Assembly (NCBI GenBank): GCA_947627165.1 | Contig: CANQUZ010000001.1 | Location: 1 to 46,872, forward strand | DNA from: an uncultured Roseburia sp. | GTDB taxonomy: Bacteria; Bacillota; Clostridia; Lachnospirales; Lachnospiraceae | DNA length: 46,872 bases | Reading direction: 5' to 3' | Shown here: positions 38,553 through 46,872 of the stretch, piece after piece | Position numbering within the stretch: the stretch's first letter is position 1 | How the letters are laid out: each line of letters opens with the position of its first letter | Made by a program: the position numbers and the translations under genes | Notes under the pieces: model-generated | The model's input: the letters and a program-made list of their open reading frames with translations, nothing else | What the model was told of the DNA's origin: nothing | Databases searched by the model: none

Positions 38553-39176
38553 TTACTTTGGCTGGCTGAAAGCATTAATGGTTTTCGTCAATCGGTCCAA
38601 GGCCACCACAATCTTAACGCTGGCGGAAGACATACTCCCCGCAAGGCTCTGCACCTCTGTCGCCACCACTGCAAATCCTTTTCCGGCGTCTCCGGCCCTT
38701 GCCGCCTCAATGGAGGCATTCAATGCCAAAATGTTCTGGCGCTTACCGAACTGGCCGATTTCCTTGGAAATCTCGTTCACCTCCGCAATCTGTCCAATCG
38801 CGGACTCGATATTTTCCTGCATATGCTTTAACATATCCTGATTGGCATTTTCAATATAGCAGGAACGCACAAACCCATTGAGCACATCGCTTAACAGCCC
38901 CATTGCTGCATCTATATCTTCTCTCGACTTTACATCCGCTTCCTGGTTTTCTCCTGACTGGCCGCCTTTGATTTCTCCCACTACGGAGCCATCTGTCAAG
39001 GTAACGGCAATATAAAATTCCGTCTGCTTCATGTACTTATCCGCCGCTTTATCGCTCTGACAGATACATTTCCCAGCCATATCCTGTAGAATTGCAGAAA
39101 AACCTGTTGCTCTATGCCAGTTATCCATGATTTTTTGAATTTCCTGTGTGTCGCAAATTTCTTGAATATTTTCCAT
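38553..39176 (-). CDS. Soluble chemoreceptor: shortened PocR-like sensor plus MCP signalling domain
   Basis: [13 protein letters not shown]...GEIKGGQ; [26 protein letters not shown]; no TM helix; start 39176 or 39206. Confidence 0.8.
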   Translation of the reverse strand: MENIQEICDTQEIQKIMDNWHRATGFSAILQDMAGKCICQSDKAADKYMKQTEFYIAVTLTDGSVVGEIKGGQSGENQEADVKSREDIDAAMGLLSDVLNGFVRSCYIENANQDMLKHMQENIESAIGQIAEVNEISKEIGQFGKRQNILALNASIEAARAGDAGKGFAVVATEVQSLAGSMSSASVKIVVALDRLTKTINAFSQPK

Positions 39177-39217
39177 AAACCTTTTCCTTTTCTGTCTGTT
39201 TTTCATGATATGCTTTT

Positions 39218-39245
39218 ATTATATCAAAACTTCTTTTCTTTACAA
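39218..39245 (-). promoter_or_regulatory. Sigma-A promoter of the soluble chemoreceptor gene
   Basis: TTGTAA-16 bp-TATAAT with extended TG. Confidence 0.6.
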
Positions 39246-39308
39246 GTGAAGATACCCTCTTTTCAAACAAATTTTTTTGATTTTTTTAGGTTATTTACAT
39301 TTTTCTCC

Positions 39309-39454
39309 GTAACAGTTCAACCATAAGCAGTCTCGTAGGCGAATCATGCTTGCATGAATGATCATACGAGACTGCTTATGAGCAGAACGCCCGTTCATGA
39401 GCAATTTTGAAGCACGTAGTGCGGGATTGCGAATGGCGTGGGCTGAACTGTTAC
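39309..39454 (+). mobile_element. 146-bp MITE-like element, copy 4
   Basis: Full length; perfect 7-bp direct repeat TTTCTCC on both sides. Confidence 0.9.
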
Positions 39455-39466
39455 TTTCTCCTTCAT

Positions 39467-39499
39467 AAAAACAGGACTTAGCATTGACTGCTAAGCCCC
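39467..39499 (-). terminator. Intrinsic terminator after the hydrolase gene
   Basis: ggggcttagca-gtcaa-tgctaagtcct-gttttt on the minus strand. Confidence 0.65.
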
Positions 39500-39544
39500 A
39501 TACAAAACGATTGTCTCTGTCACGCGTCTCTCGCGCTTTTCCCA

Positions 39545-40357
39545 TCATAAGCGTTCCAGCCAGCTTTTTGCCAAAGGCAGCCAGCTCTGGCACTCTTCCT
39601 GTATGCCGCGTCCGTCTGCCGTGATGCTCCATTTATCGCAGGTGGAAAGCCCGTGGCCGCCCACCGGATACATATGAAATTCCACCGGTATCCCATATTT
39701 TTTCATCGCCCCAATCAGAAGCAGTGAATTTTGCACTGGTACGCTTTCATCCGTATAGGTATGCCAGATGAATGCTTTCGGCGTGTACTCCGTCACCTGC
39801 TTTTCCAAAGAATTGCGCTCTAGCATTTCCTCCGTGTATTTTCCATTCAGCAAATTTTCAAAGGAACCTCGGTGGGCATATTCCCCGGAAGTGATGACCG
39901 GATAACAGAGCAGCATCGCCGCCGGCTTTAATACTTCACAGCTCACTCCCGCCGCTTCCGCCAGCCACGGCTCATGCCAGAACATCCCAAGGCTTGCCGC
40001 CAGATGGCCGCCTGCAGAGCATCCCTGCACCACAATTTTGTCTGTATCCACATACCATTCCTCCGCATAACGGTGAATGATTTTCATTGCCTCCGCCAGC
40101 TCCAGAAGGGCCGTAGGGTAAACTGCCGGCGCACAGGAATAGCGAAGAATCGCCACATGGCATCCCACGCTTAAAAAGTGCATGGCAATAGGCTCCGCCT
40201 CGCGGTCAGAGGTATATCCGTAGCCTCCGCCGGGACACATCAGGATCAGAGGCCTTTTTTCCACTCCGATGCTCTGTGAATGCTCTATGATATATGTGCA
40301 TAGTTTCGCCCCCGGTTCGGATCCCTCCACCTGGATAGGAAATAGTTCTGTCAACAT
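39545..40357 (-). CDS. Alpha/beta hydrolase (acetylesterase / BD-FAE-like)
   Basis: CPGGGY oxyanion motif, GCSAGG nucleophile, DESVP, GGHG. Confidence 0.9.
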   Translation of the reverse strand: MLTELFPIQVEGSEPGAKLCTYIIEHSQSIGVEKRPLILMCPGGGYGYTSDREAEPIAMHFLSVGCHVAILRYSCAPAVYPTALLELAEAMKIIHRYAEEWYVDTDKIVVQGCSAGGHLAASLGMFWHEPWLAEAAGVSCEVLKPAAMLLCYPVITSGEYAHRGSFENLLNGKYTEEMLERNSLEKQVTEYTPKAFIWHTYTDESVPVQNSLLLIGAMKKYGIPVEFHMYPVGGHGLSTCDKWSITADGRGIQEECQSWLPLAKSWLERL

Positions 40358-40386
40358 ATGTCTCTCCCCTTTTTATCTTTTCCCTT

Positions 40387-40415
40387 ACTCTACCACGATG
40401 GAGTTCCCCTGGCAA
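40387..40415 (-). promoter_or_regulatory. Possible sigma-A promoter of the hydrolase gene
   Basis: TTGCCA-17 bp-TAGAGT with extended TG. Confidence 0.5.
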
Positions 40416-40430
40416 TCTATTTCTCCTTCC

Positions 40431-42542
40431 TCAAAACTCTAACTGCTTCAATAATGCATAGCCGTTATTGCGGTCGAAAGATCGGATTCCATCCCTGCCC
40501 GCCACATAAAAGATATCATCCACATATATGCCCCTGAAATTGTCGATGGAAAAGTTCGTGGACAATTTTTCTGTCAGGAGGCATTCAAACGTTCCTTCCT
40601 CCCAGGAAAACAGGAGATAATTCAGGCTGCCGCTGCTGTAATCCTGCACCGTAAAGCCTAACAAGTTCTCTTCCGCATCTGCGAGTACGGATTTATAATC
40701 GTAGAGAGCCTGGCTGTAATTTACATTTTTTAGTACAATCGTTTTTATCTCCTTTAACTTGGCAGGAGCGGAAATGTCAAACATCGTAATCTTTAACCCC
40801 TCTCTGCCCCCATTGTCCGGATCTGTCTCATAGCCGATGCCTACCAGTTTGTCTTTGCCCCAGAAATGCAGATACTCAGAAAATCCGGTTATTTTCAGTT
40901 CTCCCACAATCTTAGGATCGGTATCATCCGATAAATCTACCGCGAACAACGGATCCGTGTTCCGATATGTCACAAAATACGCCATGTCCCCCAAATACCT
41001 TGCCGCATAGATTTCTTCTCCCGGCGCAATGTCCTCAATCTTTCCGGTGGGCTTTAATTTTTCATCAAACAGATAGAGTTGATTCGTGCTTTCTCCTCCT
41101 GAAAAGCGGCTGCTGGTGGTCAAGATCCGCAGTTTTCCCTGATATTCATTGATGGCAAAGGTATCTCTCACCTCTCCATTTACTGCTGCTGCATCCACCG
41201 CATCAATCCTGCCCTGTTCCAAACTGAATTTTGCAATCTTTGTCGTAGTATTTCCGTTTTCATACGTCCCCTGATAAAGATAGACCGCCTGGGGGCTGAC
41301 ATAGATATCCACATATCCGTTCATTATGACCGTGTTATCCACAACCGTATCGGGTTTATTCACATTCACTGAGGATATCACAAGTCCCTGCCTTGCTTCT
41401 TTGGAAAGATAGATGCAGTCTGCTGCTACCGGCTTCCCATTTACCAAGGGGATCCAGCCCCCTACATTCTCTTCTATTACTGCAAACTCCTTTTCTAAGG
41501 TTGGAGATGCCATGGCCTGATCGGTAAACAGGTAAAGGATGTCGCCAATTTTCCTTGATGTGTGGTAGTAACCTTCCTGCGCCATGCTGCCGGAAAATTT
41601 GGGGTTTTGGGGGCTGCTGATATCATAAGTCCTAATTTCCGTCTCCATCTCAGAGGACATATAATAGAAATCCTCGCTGTCCCCATTCTCTTTTTTCAGC
41701 CCGGTATTTTCTTTTTGCACAATCAGGCTTAACGTTTTTCCATCAACATACATCTCAATTACCCGATCCGAAGCGCTCTCCAAAGGAAGGGTGATTTCTC
41801 CCGCTTTTTCCAACGCCCCATCCCTGATATCCGTGATAATCACACTGTTCCCTTTCACCGCATAAAGATAGGAACCATCCGTTTTGATAATGTCGCTCTC
41901 GTCCACGCCCTCTGTCTGAAGATTGGTTGTGGAATAATGTTTTTGCGTCCCTTCCGTAATGGCATTTGTTTCAGAATACTTGATATCTCCCGCCGCGCTG
42001 ATTTCCTGTTTAAGGCTCCCCGCTGTGGCTGAATCTTCGTTTACTGCAATGCCATAATCCAAGTCGTCCATCCAGCGGGTCATCTGCTGCTGTGCTAACA
42101 GGTCGTAAATCTCCTCATAATTTTTTGCCACGGTATATAAATCGCCTGCGTCCTGCTTCGGCGCAGCCGTTTCCCCAACGTCCTCTGCCTCCACTGCATC
42201 GCCCCCATCCGCTCTGATTGCATCATACTCCGAAATGCTGTTTCCCGCTGCAGCTTCTTCGGCTACCTGGCTGCCGTTTCCGATTCCGCCTGTTCCCTCA
42301 CTCTGATGCAGATTCCAGGTCTGCGCTCCCAAAGCTCCGCAAAACAATACCACCAACGCTGCGGCTGCTATTTTGCTCCCGTTGAAAAAATTCCTGCTGT
42401 TAGCAGCCATGGAGTTCGCCCTTTCCGCCTCCTTACTCTGAAAACGCAGTTTTTCTTTTATTTTTTCCGGTTTTATGCTTTCCGGTATTGGTTCGTCTTT
42501 CGCTGAATCTTTTATTTTTTCCAACAATTCCTTCTCTGTCAT
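40431..42542 (-). CDS. Single-pass membrane protein with extracellular beta-propeller (Beta_propel/COG4880-like); putative anti-sigma factor
   Basis: About 60-aa charged N-terminus, one TM helix, STTNLQTEGVDESDIIKTDG, YFVTYRNTDPLF, LKITGFSEYLH; directly downstream of an ECF sigma gene. Confidence 0.8.
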   Translation of the reverse strand: MTEKELLEKIKDSAKDEPIPESIKPEKIKEKLRFQSKEAERANSMAANSRNFFNGSKIAAAALVVLFCGALGAQTWNLHQSEGTGGIGNGSQVAEEAAAGNSISEYDAIRADGGDAVEAEDVGETAAPKQDAGDLYTVAKNYEEIYDLLAQQQMTRWMDDLDYGIAVNEDSATAGSLKQEISAAGDIKYSETNAITEGTQKHYSTTNLQTEGVDESDIIKTDGSYLYAVKGNSVIITDIRDGALEKAGEITLPLESASDRVIEMYVDGKTLSLIVQKENTGLKKENGDSEDFYYMSSEMETEIRTYDISSPQNPKFSGSMAQEGYYHTSRKIGDILYLFTDQAMASPTLEKEFAVIEENVGGWIPLVNGKPVAADCIYLSKEARQGLVISSVNVNKPDTVVDNTVIMNGYVDIYVSPQAVYLYQGTYENGNTTTKIAKFSLEQGRIDAVDAAAVNGEVRDTFAINEYQGKLRILTTSSRFSGGESTNQLYLFDEKLKPTGKIEDIAPGEEIYAARYLGDMAYFVTYRNTDPLFAVDLSDDTDPKIVGELKITGFSEYLHFWGKDKLVGIGYETDPDNGGREGLKITMFDISAPAKLKEIKTIVLKNVNYSQALYDYKSVLADAEENLLGFTVQDYSSGSLNYLLFSWEEGTFECLLTEKLSTNFSIDNFRGIYVDDIFYVAGRDGIRSFDRNNGYALLKQLEF

Positions 42543-42561
42543 ACGTCTTTCCCCTTTCCTT

Positions 42562-43083
42562 CTAATTTTGGATATCTTCCAACTGACCCGCCATTTTCTT
42601 AAGCCCTCTGCTTTCTTTTGAGCGCACCGTATTCTCATTCATATGTAAAATTTGTGCAATTTCCCGGCTGGTATAACCCGCAAACTGGTGCATACTGATA
42701 ATGAGACGCTCCTCGTCGGCCAGCTCAAAAAAAGCCCTTCGGATCAGCATCCGTTCTGCCGTATCTGTCTCTGGCTCTTTCTCCGGAAGATCCTCCTGTA
42801 ATTCTTCGTTCTTCACCGCATACTCCCGCAGCTTATCCTTGCACTTGTTGGACAGGATTCGGAATATCCAGCTTTTAAACGCTTCCTCCGCGCGCAGTTT
42901 TTTGATAGAGGCAAACGCATCTGTAACCGCATCGCTCACGGCGTCCTCCGCATCGCTGGTATTCCGCAGCGTATAAAGCGCAAATCGATACATACTCTCA
43001 TAAATCTCAGAATAAAGTTCTGCAAACGCATCCACATCCCCGCGCTTCGCCGATTTTACCTTTTTTAAATAGTCGTTCATCAT
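42562..43083 (-). CDS. ECF-type RNA polymerase sigma factor
   Basis: GDVDAFAELY, DAEDAVSD, FKSWIFRI, EIAQIL...TVRSKESR. Confidence 0.92.
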   Translation of the reverse strand: MMNDYLKKVKSAKRGDVDAFAELYSEIYESMYRFALYTLRNTSDAEDAVSDAVTDAFASIKKLRAEEAFKSWIFRILSNKCKDKLREYAVKNEELQEDLPEKEPETDTAERMLIRRAFFELADEERLIISMHQFAGYTSREIAQILHMNENTVRSKESRGLKKMAGQLEDIQN

Positions 43084-43160
43084 ATTCCCATTTCCACCCC
43101 TCGCCTTTCGGGTATTTTCGGATTTTCTACAGGTTTTCCACAACCCATCTGTCATAGTTA

Positions 43161-43189
43161 TAGTCTAAAAAAGAAGCCTTTTTGTTGCA
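43161..43189 (-). promoter_or_regulatory. Putative autoregulatory ECF promoter
   Basis: TGCAAC-17 bp-AGACTA upstream of the sigma gene; AAC in the -35 is typical of ECF promoters. Confidence 0.55.
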
Positions 43190-43248
43190 AGCAATTTCCT
43201 TTTTTCTAAAATTGATTGCCTGTAAAATACCATCCTTGTTTTCCAAAG

Positions 43249-43283
43249 AAAAAACAGGCTGTCTTTCTGACAACCTGCTTGTT
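43249..43283 (-). terminator. Intrinsic terminator after the MCP gene
   Basis: caggttgtca / gacagcctg stem followed by tttttt on the minus strand. Confidence 0.65.
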
Positions 43284-43284
43284 C

Positions 43285-45426
43285 TTATTCCGTCTTAAAT
43301 ACAGCAATTTCTGTTTTTAAGTCATTCATATTGGTACCTAACGTTTCTGCAGTATGATTCATGTTTGCCACGTTTTCTTTTAACTTTGAAGCCATATCCT
43401 GAACAATCTTTGCTCCGTCCGCCGTCTCCTTAATAATCATGGAAATATTTTTAACGGATGACACGGCATCCTCGCGTTCTTTGTCCGCTTTTTCAGTGCT
43501 TACTACAATTTCCTTTAACCCTTCAAACAGATTCTTCATGCACTGATTCGTATCTTCAAAGACGCTGACGATTTCCTGCACGGCCGCCGTCTGTGAGAGA
43601 ACCATGTCTCTTGCCTCTTTCGCCTTTTCCGCACTGACGGACGTCTGTTCTGTAATATGCGCTATATTGTTGTGTATCTCCCTTGCCGACTCCGCAGAAT
43701 AATCGGCAAGTTTACGGATTTCCTCTGCCACAACTGCAAACCCCCTGCCCGATTCGCCTGCCCGCGCCGCTTCAATCGAAGCATTCAAGGATAACAGGTT
43801 GGTCTGTTCCGAAATATCCGTAATCGTTTCTACAAATTGCTTAATACTCTCAGACTCCCGCTTTAAGTCCCCGATACTGCTTTCCACTTTGATGGTAATC
43901 TCTGACGTTTCCGTTGCCCGGTCGCCCAATTCCCTTACCATCTCCATTCCACGCTGTATCATGCTTTCTGTTTTGTTGACTAATTTCTTAATGTTTTCTA
44001 CAATGCGGCTCACTTCCTGTATTTCTTCCGAAAGCGTATCCGTCTTTCTCACACACTCCTGAGCGTGTTCCGTCTGTTTGATAATCCCATCATTGATATC
44101 GTCAATCGCCTGCGTGATGTTAGCGGAGTAGTCCCGCATGATATTGGAAGCAGCCCGTACTTCCTGCGCCGATGCTTCCAGGGTACCTGTAGCGCTGCTT
44201 ACTTTTTTTACCAGCTTCTTATTGTTGTTAATCATATTATTGGCTACAACGGCGAGATTATTAAATTCATCGCGCCCCTTCACCTGCACATGGGTGGTCA
44301 GATTCCCTTCCGCCACTTCCTCCAATTCACCGGAAATGCGCTGCATATTCTTCTGGATGCCGGTTGTAATAAAAAGTCCGATGAAAACTGCCACAAGCAC
44401 TGCAATGACAACTACAACTAATGTAATGTAGCGAATATACTCCGCCCGCTCCGTCACCACTTCCATAGGAACTAAAGCACAGACCGCAGCTTCCGTAATT
44501 TCACTCTTGCTATAGAGGAACAGATAATCCCTACCCTGGTATTTTACCTCGCTTAACCCTTCCATATTTTGAAGGTCCTGATAAAAATCTTGTCCGAAAA
44601 AGACCTTTTCCCCCTCGGCAAGGATGCTCTCTTTTCCTTCCGGCAGATTTTCACAGATAATTTCCCTGCCGCCTTTTGTTACAAATCCGACAATGCTCCC
44701 CTTTCCTAAGTCGAGCCCGCTTAAAAACTCCCTGATGGCAGAAGCGCTGACGTCAATGACAATGTATCCTTTTCCTGTCTGAGGAGACGTCTCATAAGAC
44801 AGAATGTAATCTGAATATCTCAACCCAAGGTATTCGTCAAGCACTGTGTGGCTGTCAATCCAGGGCGCTATTTTTTTCCCATCTTTTGAGAACTGCATGA
44901 CATCGTCCTTGTAAAGGGAATAGATTCCCTGCTTGCCGTTTGTACCGCTGGTGGTAAACATCTGTATCTTTTCACTGGTAATCACAAAAATATTATTAAT
45001 AAACTGATTTGCCACCTGGGATGCACGAATGTCAGTGCCGATATTGCCAAGAGTCTGTTTCCTTAGAACCTCGTCATTTTCATAAAGTCCCATCATGTAT
45101 CTTCCCAGCGTAGAGTCGAAAGCATATTTTAACGTCTCCGCTTCAATGAAAGAATTGCCGACGTCAATGTATTGCCCCGCCATGCGAATTGTCTGCTGGC
45201 TTGATTCACAAAAGGCATCGTTCATTCCCTCTGCAGCTTCATAGTAAGAAAAAGTCCCCACAAAAATTAGAAATACGATTGGTATCAGAAAACTGATTAG
45301 AATCTTTGTCCTTATTCCAAAAATTAAAACGTTTTTATTTTTTATCTTCAGCTTCGGCAGCTGCTTTACGCGCTCTGACTGCTTTGGTTTTTTCCAGACT
45401 CTTGTCTTTTTTACCTGTTTAGTCAT
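43285..45426 (-). CDS. Methyl-accepting chemotaxis protein (TM, Cache-like sensor, TM, HAMP, MCP)
   Basis: Two TM helices, HAMP (VAEGNLT...GRDEF), [34 protein letters not shown]. Confidence 0.95.
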   Translation of the reverse strand: MTKQVKKTRVWKKPKQSERVKQLPKLKIKNKNVLIFGIRTKILISFLIPIVFLIFVGTFSYYEAAEGMNDAFCESSQQTIRMAGQYIDVGNSFIEAETLKYAFDSTLGRYMMGLYENDEVLRKQTLGNIGTDIRASQVANQFINNIFVITSEKIQMFTTSGTNGKQGIYSLYKDDVMQFSKDGKKIAPWIDSHTVLDEYLGLRYSDYILSYETSPQTGKGYIVIDVSASAIREFLSGLDLGKGSIVGFVTKGGREIICENLPEGKESILAEGEKVFFGQDFYQDLQNMEGLSEVKYQGRDYLFLYSKSEITEAAVCALVPMEVVTERAEYIRYITLVVVVIAVLVAVFIGLFITTGIQKNMQRISGELEEVAEGNLTTHVQVKGRDEFNNLAVVANNMINNNKKLVKKVSSATGTLEASAQEVRAASNIMRDYSANITQAIDDINDGIIKQTEHAQECVRKTDTLSEEIQEVSRIVENIKKLVNKTESMIQRGMEMVRELGDRATETSEITIKVESSIGDLKRESESIKQFVETITDISEQTNLLSLNASIEAARAGESGRGFAVVAEEIRKLADYSAESAREIHNNIAHITEQTSVSAEKAKEARDMVLSQTAAVQEIVSVFEDTNQCMKNLFEGLKEIVVSTEKADKEREDAVSSVKNISMIIKETADGAKIVQDMASKLKENVANMNHTAETLGTNMNDLKTEIAVFKTE

Positions 45427-45535
45427 AAATTAATCCCCTTTAATTAGATCAATGCTGCTTCCATATATTTATATACAGAATATCACAAAAACCATAAATT
45501 AAAAAGAGAAACTTTGTCCATATTTCTGTTTTTTT

Positions 45536-45681
45536 ATAACAGTTCAGCCATAAGCAATCTCGTAGGCGAATCATGCTTGCATGAATGAGTATATGAGACT
45601 GCTTATGAGCAGAACGCCCGTTCATGAGCAATTTTGAAGCCCGTAGTGCGGGATTGCGAATGGCGTGGGCTGAACTGTTAC
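45536..45681 (+). mobile_element. 146-bp MITE-like element, copy 5
   Basis: Full length, begins ATAAC; perfect 8-bp direct repeat GTTTTTTT on both sides. Confidence 0.9.
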
Positions 45682-45813
45682 GTTTTTTTGCATCATCACG
45701 CCTTCCTGGAAATCCACGGGAAACCAGAACTTCCTTCTCTTATCCTGCGCCACATAATAAGCCGACGGAACAGTTCATTCCACCGCCACATTTTTATCTG
45801 CCTTTTTCCCTCA

Positions 45814-45841
45814 TCCGGCAAGATTCGGCGGTCTTGCCGGA
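45814..45841. other. Stem-loop downstream of dapA
   Basis: tccggcaaga / tcttgccgga; no U-tract in the dapA direction. Confidence 0.5.
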
Positions 45842-45859
45842 CGCCATGCAAAAAAATAT

Positions 45860-46762
45860 TTATGGTACTAATCTGTACTGCTTCAACACATGATATAACT
45901 TTTCTTTGTGGACATCATCCATGCTGCAGAGCGGAAGCCTGCATTCCCCCACATCCATCCCCATCATACCTAAAGCCTGCTTTACCGGAATGGGATTAAT
46001 ATCCAAAAACAACGCCTCGATTAATTCTAAATATTTTAATTGCAGTTCCCCACTCCGCTTACAATCACCGCAAAAATAGGCTTCACAAATTTCATGCGTC
46101 TCCTGCGGCAGAATATTAGCCAGAACGGAAATAACCCCCTCGGCTCCAAGGCTTAATGCAGACGTAATCTGATCATCATTTCCACTGTATACAGCCAGCT
46201 TTCCTTTGCATAAGGAAGCAATTTTTGCCATCTGGGAAATGTTTCCGCTGGCCTCTTTGCAGGCGACGATATTTTCTATTTCTGAGAGGCGTTGATAAGT
46301 CAGCGGCGAAATGTTGACTCCTGTTCTGGCGGGGACATTATATAAAATAATCGGAAGATTGACCGCTTCTGCACAGGATTTATAATGCAGATACAATCCC
46401 TGCTGGGAAGCCTTATTATAGTAAGGCGTTACCAAAAGCAGCGCATCCGCCTTCAGTCCCTCGCATTCTTTAGACATAAAGACAGCGTGCGCCGTACTAT
46501 TGCTCCCTGCCCCTGCAATTACCGGTATTCTTCCCCTGACGGCTTTTACCGCAAAATCTATCAATGCCAAATGCTCTTCATCCGTCAACGTGGATGCTTC
46601 CCCCGTTGTCCCCGCTATTATCAAAGCGTCCGCCTTCTTCTCCACCTGCAACTCTATTAACTGTTTAAACATCGGATAATTAATTGTTCCATCCTCGTTC
46701 ATCGGCGTTACCATTGCCGTGCCTGCTCCCCGAAAGATTAGCTTTTTCTCCATATATGACAC
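45860..46762 (-). CDS. dapA: 4-hydroxy-tetrahydrodipicolinate synthase
   Basis: GTTGEASTL, VTPYYNK, LYNVPARTG, KEASG, NPIPVK. Confidence 0.96.
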   Translation of the reverse strand: MSYMEKKLIFRGAGTAMVTPMNEDGTINYPMFKQLIELQVEKKADALIIAGTTGEASTLTDEEHLALIDFAVKAVRGRIPVIAGAGSNSTAHAVFMSKECEGLKADALLLVTPYYNKASQQGLYLHYKSCAEAVNLPIILYNVPARTGVNISPLTYQRLSEIENIVACKEASGNISQMAKIASLCKGKLAVYSGNDDQITSALSLGAEGVISVLANILPQETHEICEAYFCGDCKRSGELQLKYLELIEALFLDINPIPVKQALGMMGMDVGECRLPLCSMDDVHKEKLYHVLKQYRLVP

Positions 46763-46797
46763 TCCCCATTATTTTCCGAAGCCCAATCGCAAAACTC

Positions 46798-46872
46798 GTA
46801 ACAGTTCAGCCCACGCCATTCGCAATCCCGCACTACGGGCTTCAAAATTGCTCATGAACGGGCGTTCTGCTC
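46798..46872 (-). mobile_element. 146-bp MITE-like element, copy 6 (inverted, cut by the window edge)
   Basis: Reverse complement of the last 75 nt of the element, identical to copies 3 and 5 over that stretch. Confidence 0.9.

Overview
Chromosomal window from an anaerobic Firmicute; gene content and order suggest Clostridia/Lachnospiraceae (inference). Most genes are on the minus strand. In order: a monoderm type IV pilus cluster (pilB with an MshEN motif, pilT, pilC, two paralogous pilins, pilD, fused pilMN, pilO, two minor pilins, the last running off the left edge); a SWIM/SNF2 helicase; a phosphate locus (pstSCAB-phoU, Na/Pi cotransporter, phoB/phoR); a small alarmone synthetase; an anion transporter divergent from a two-gene (gamma-delta + alpha-beta) pyruvate:ferredoxin oxidoreductase and rubrerythrin; a polar amino-acid ABC operon with an ANTAR-type leader and three poorly characterised downstream genes; T-box-tyrS; a low-GC orphan; two chemoreceptors; an ECF sigma with a beta-propeller membrane partner; an alpha/beta hydrolase; and dapA. 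The most notable signals are non-coding. (1) Six intergenic copies (five complete, one cut by the window edge) of a 146-bp element with 14-bp terminal inverted repeats, internal hairpins and 7-8 bp target-site duplications; one copy inserted 1 bp into the end of another, and no transposase is present in the window. (2) A 107-nt internally deleted group IIC intron that keeps both ends and sits directly after a terminator hairpin.
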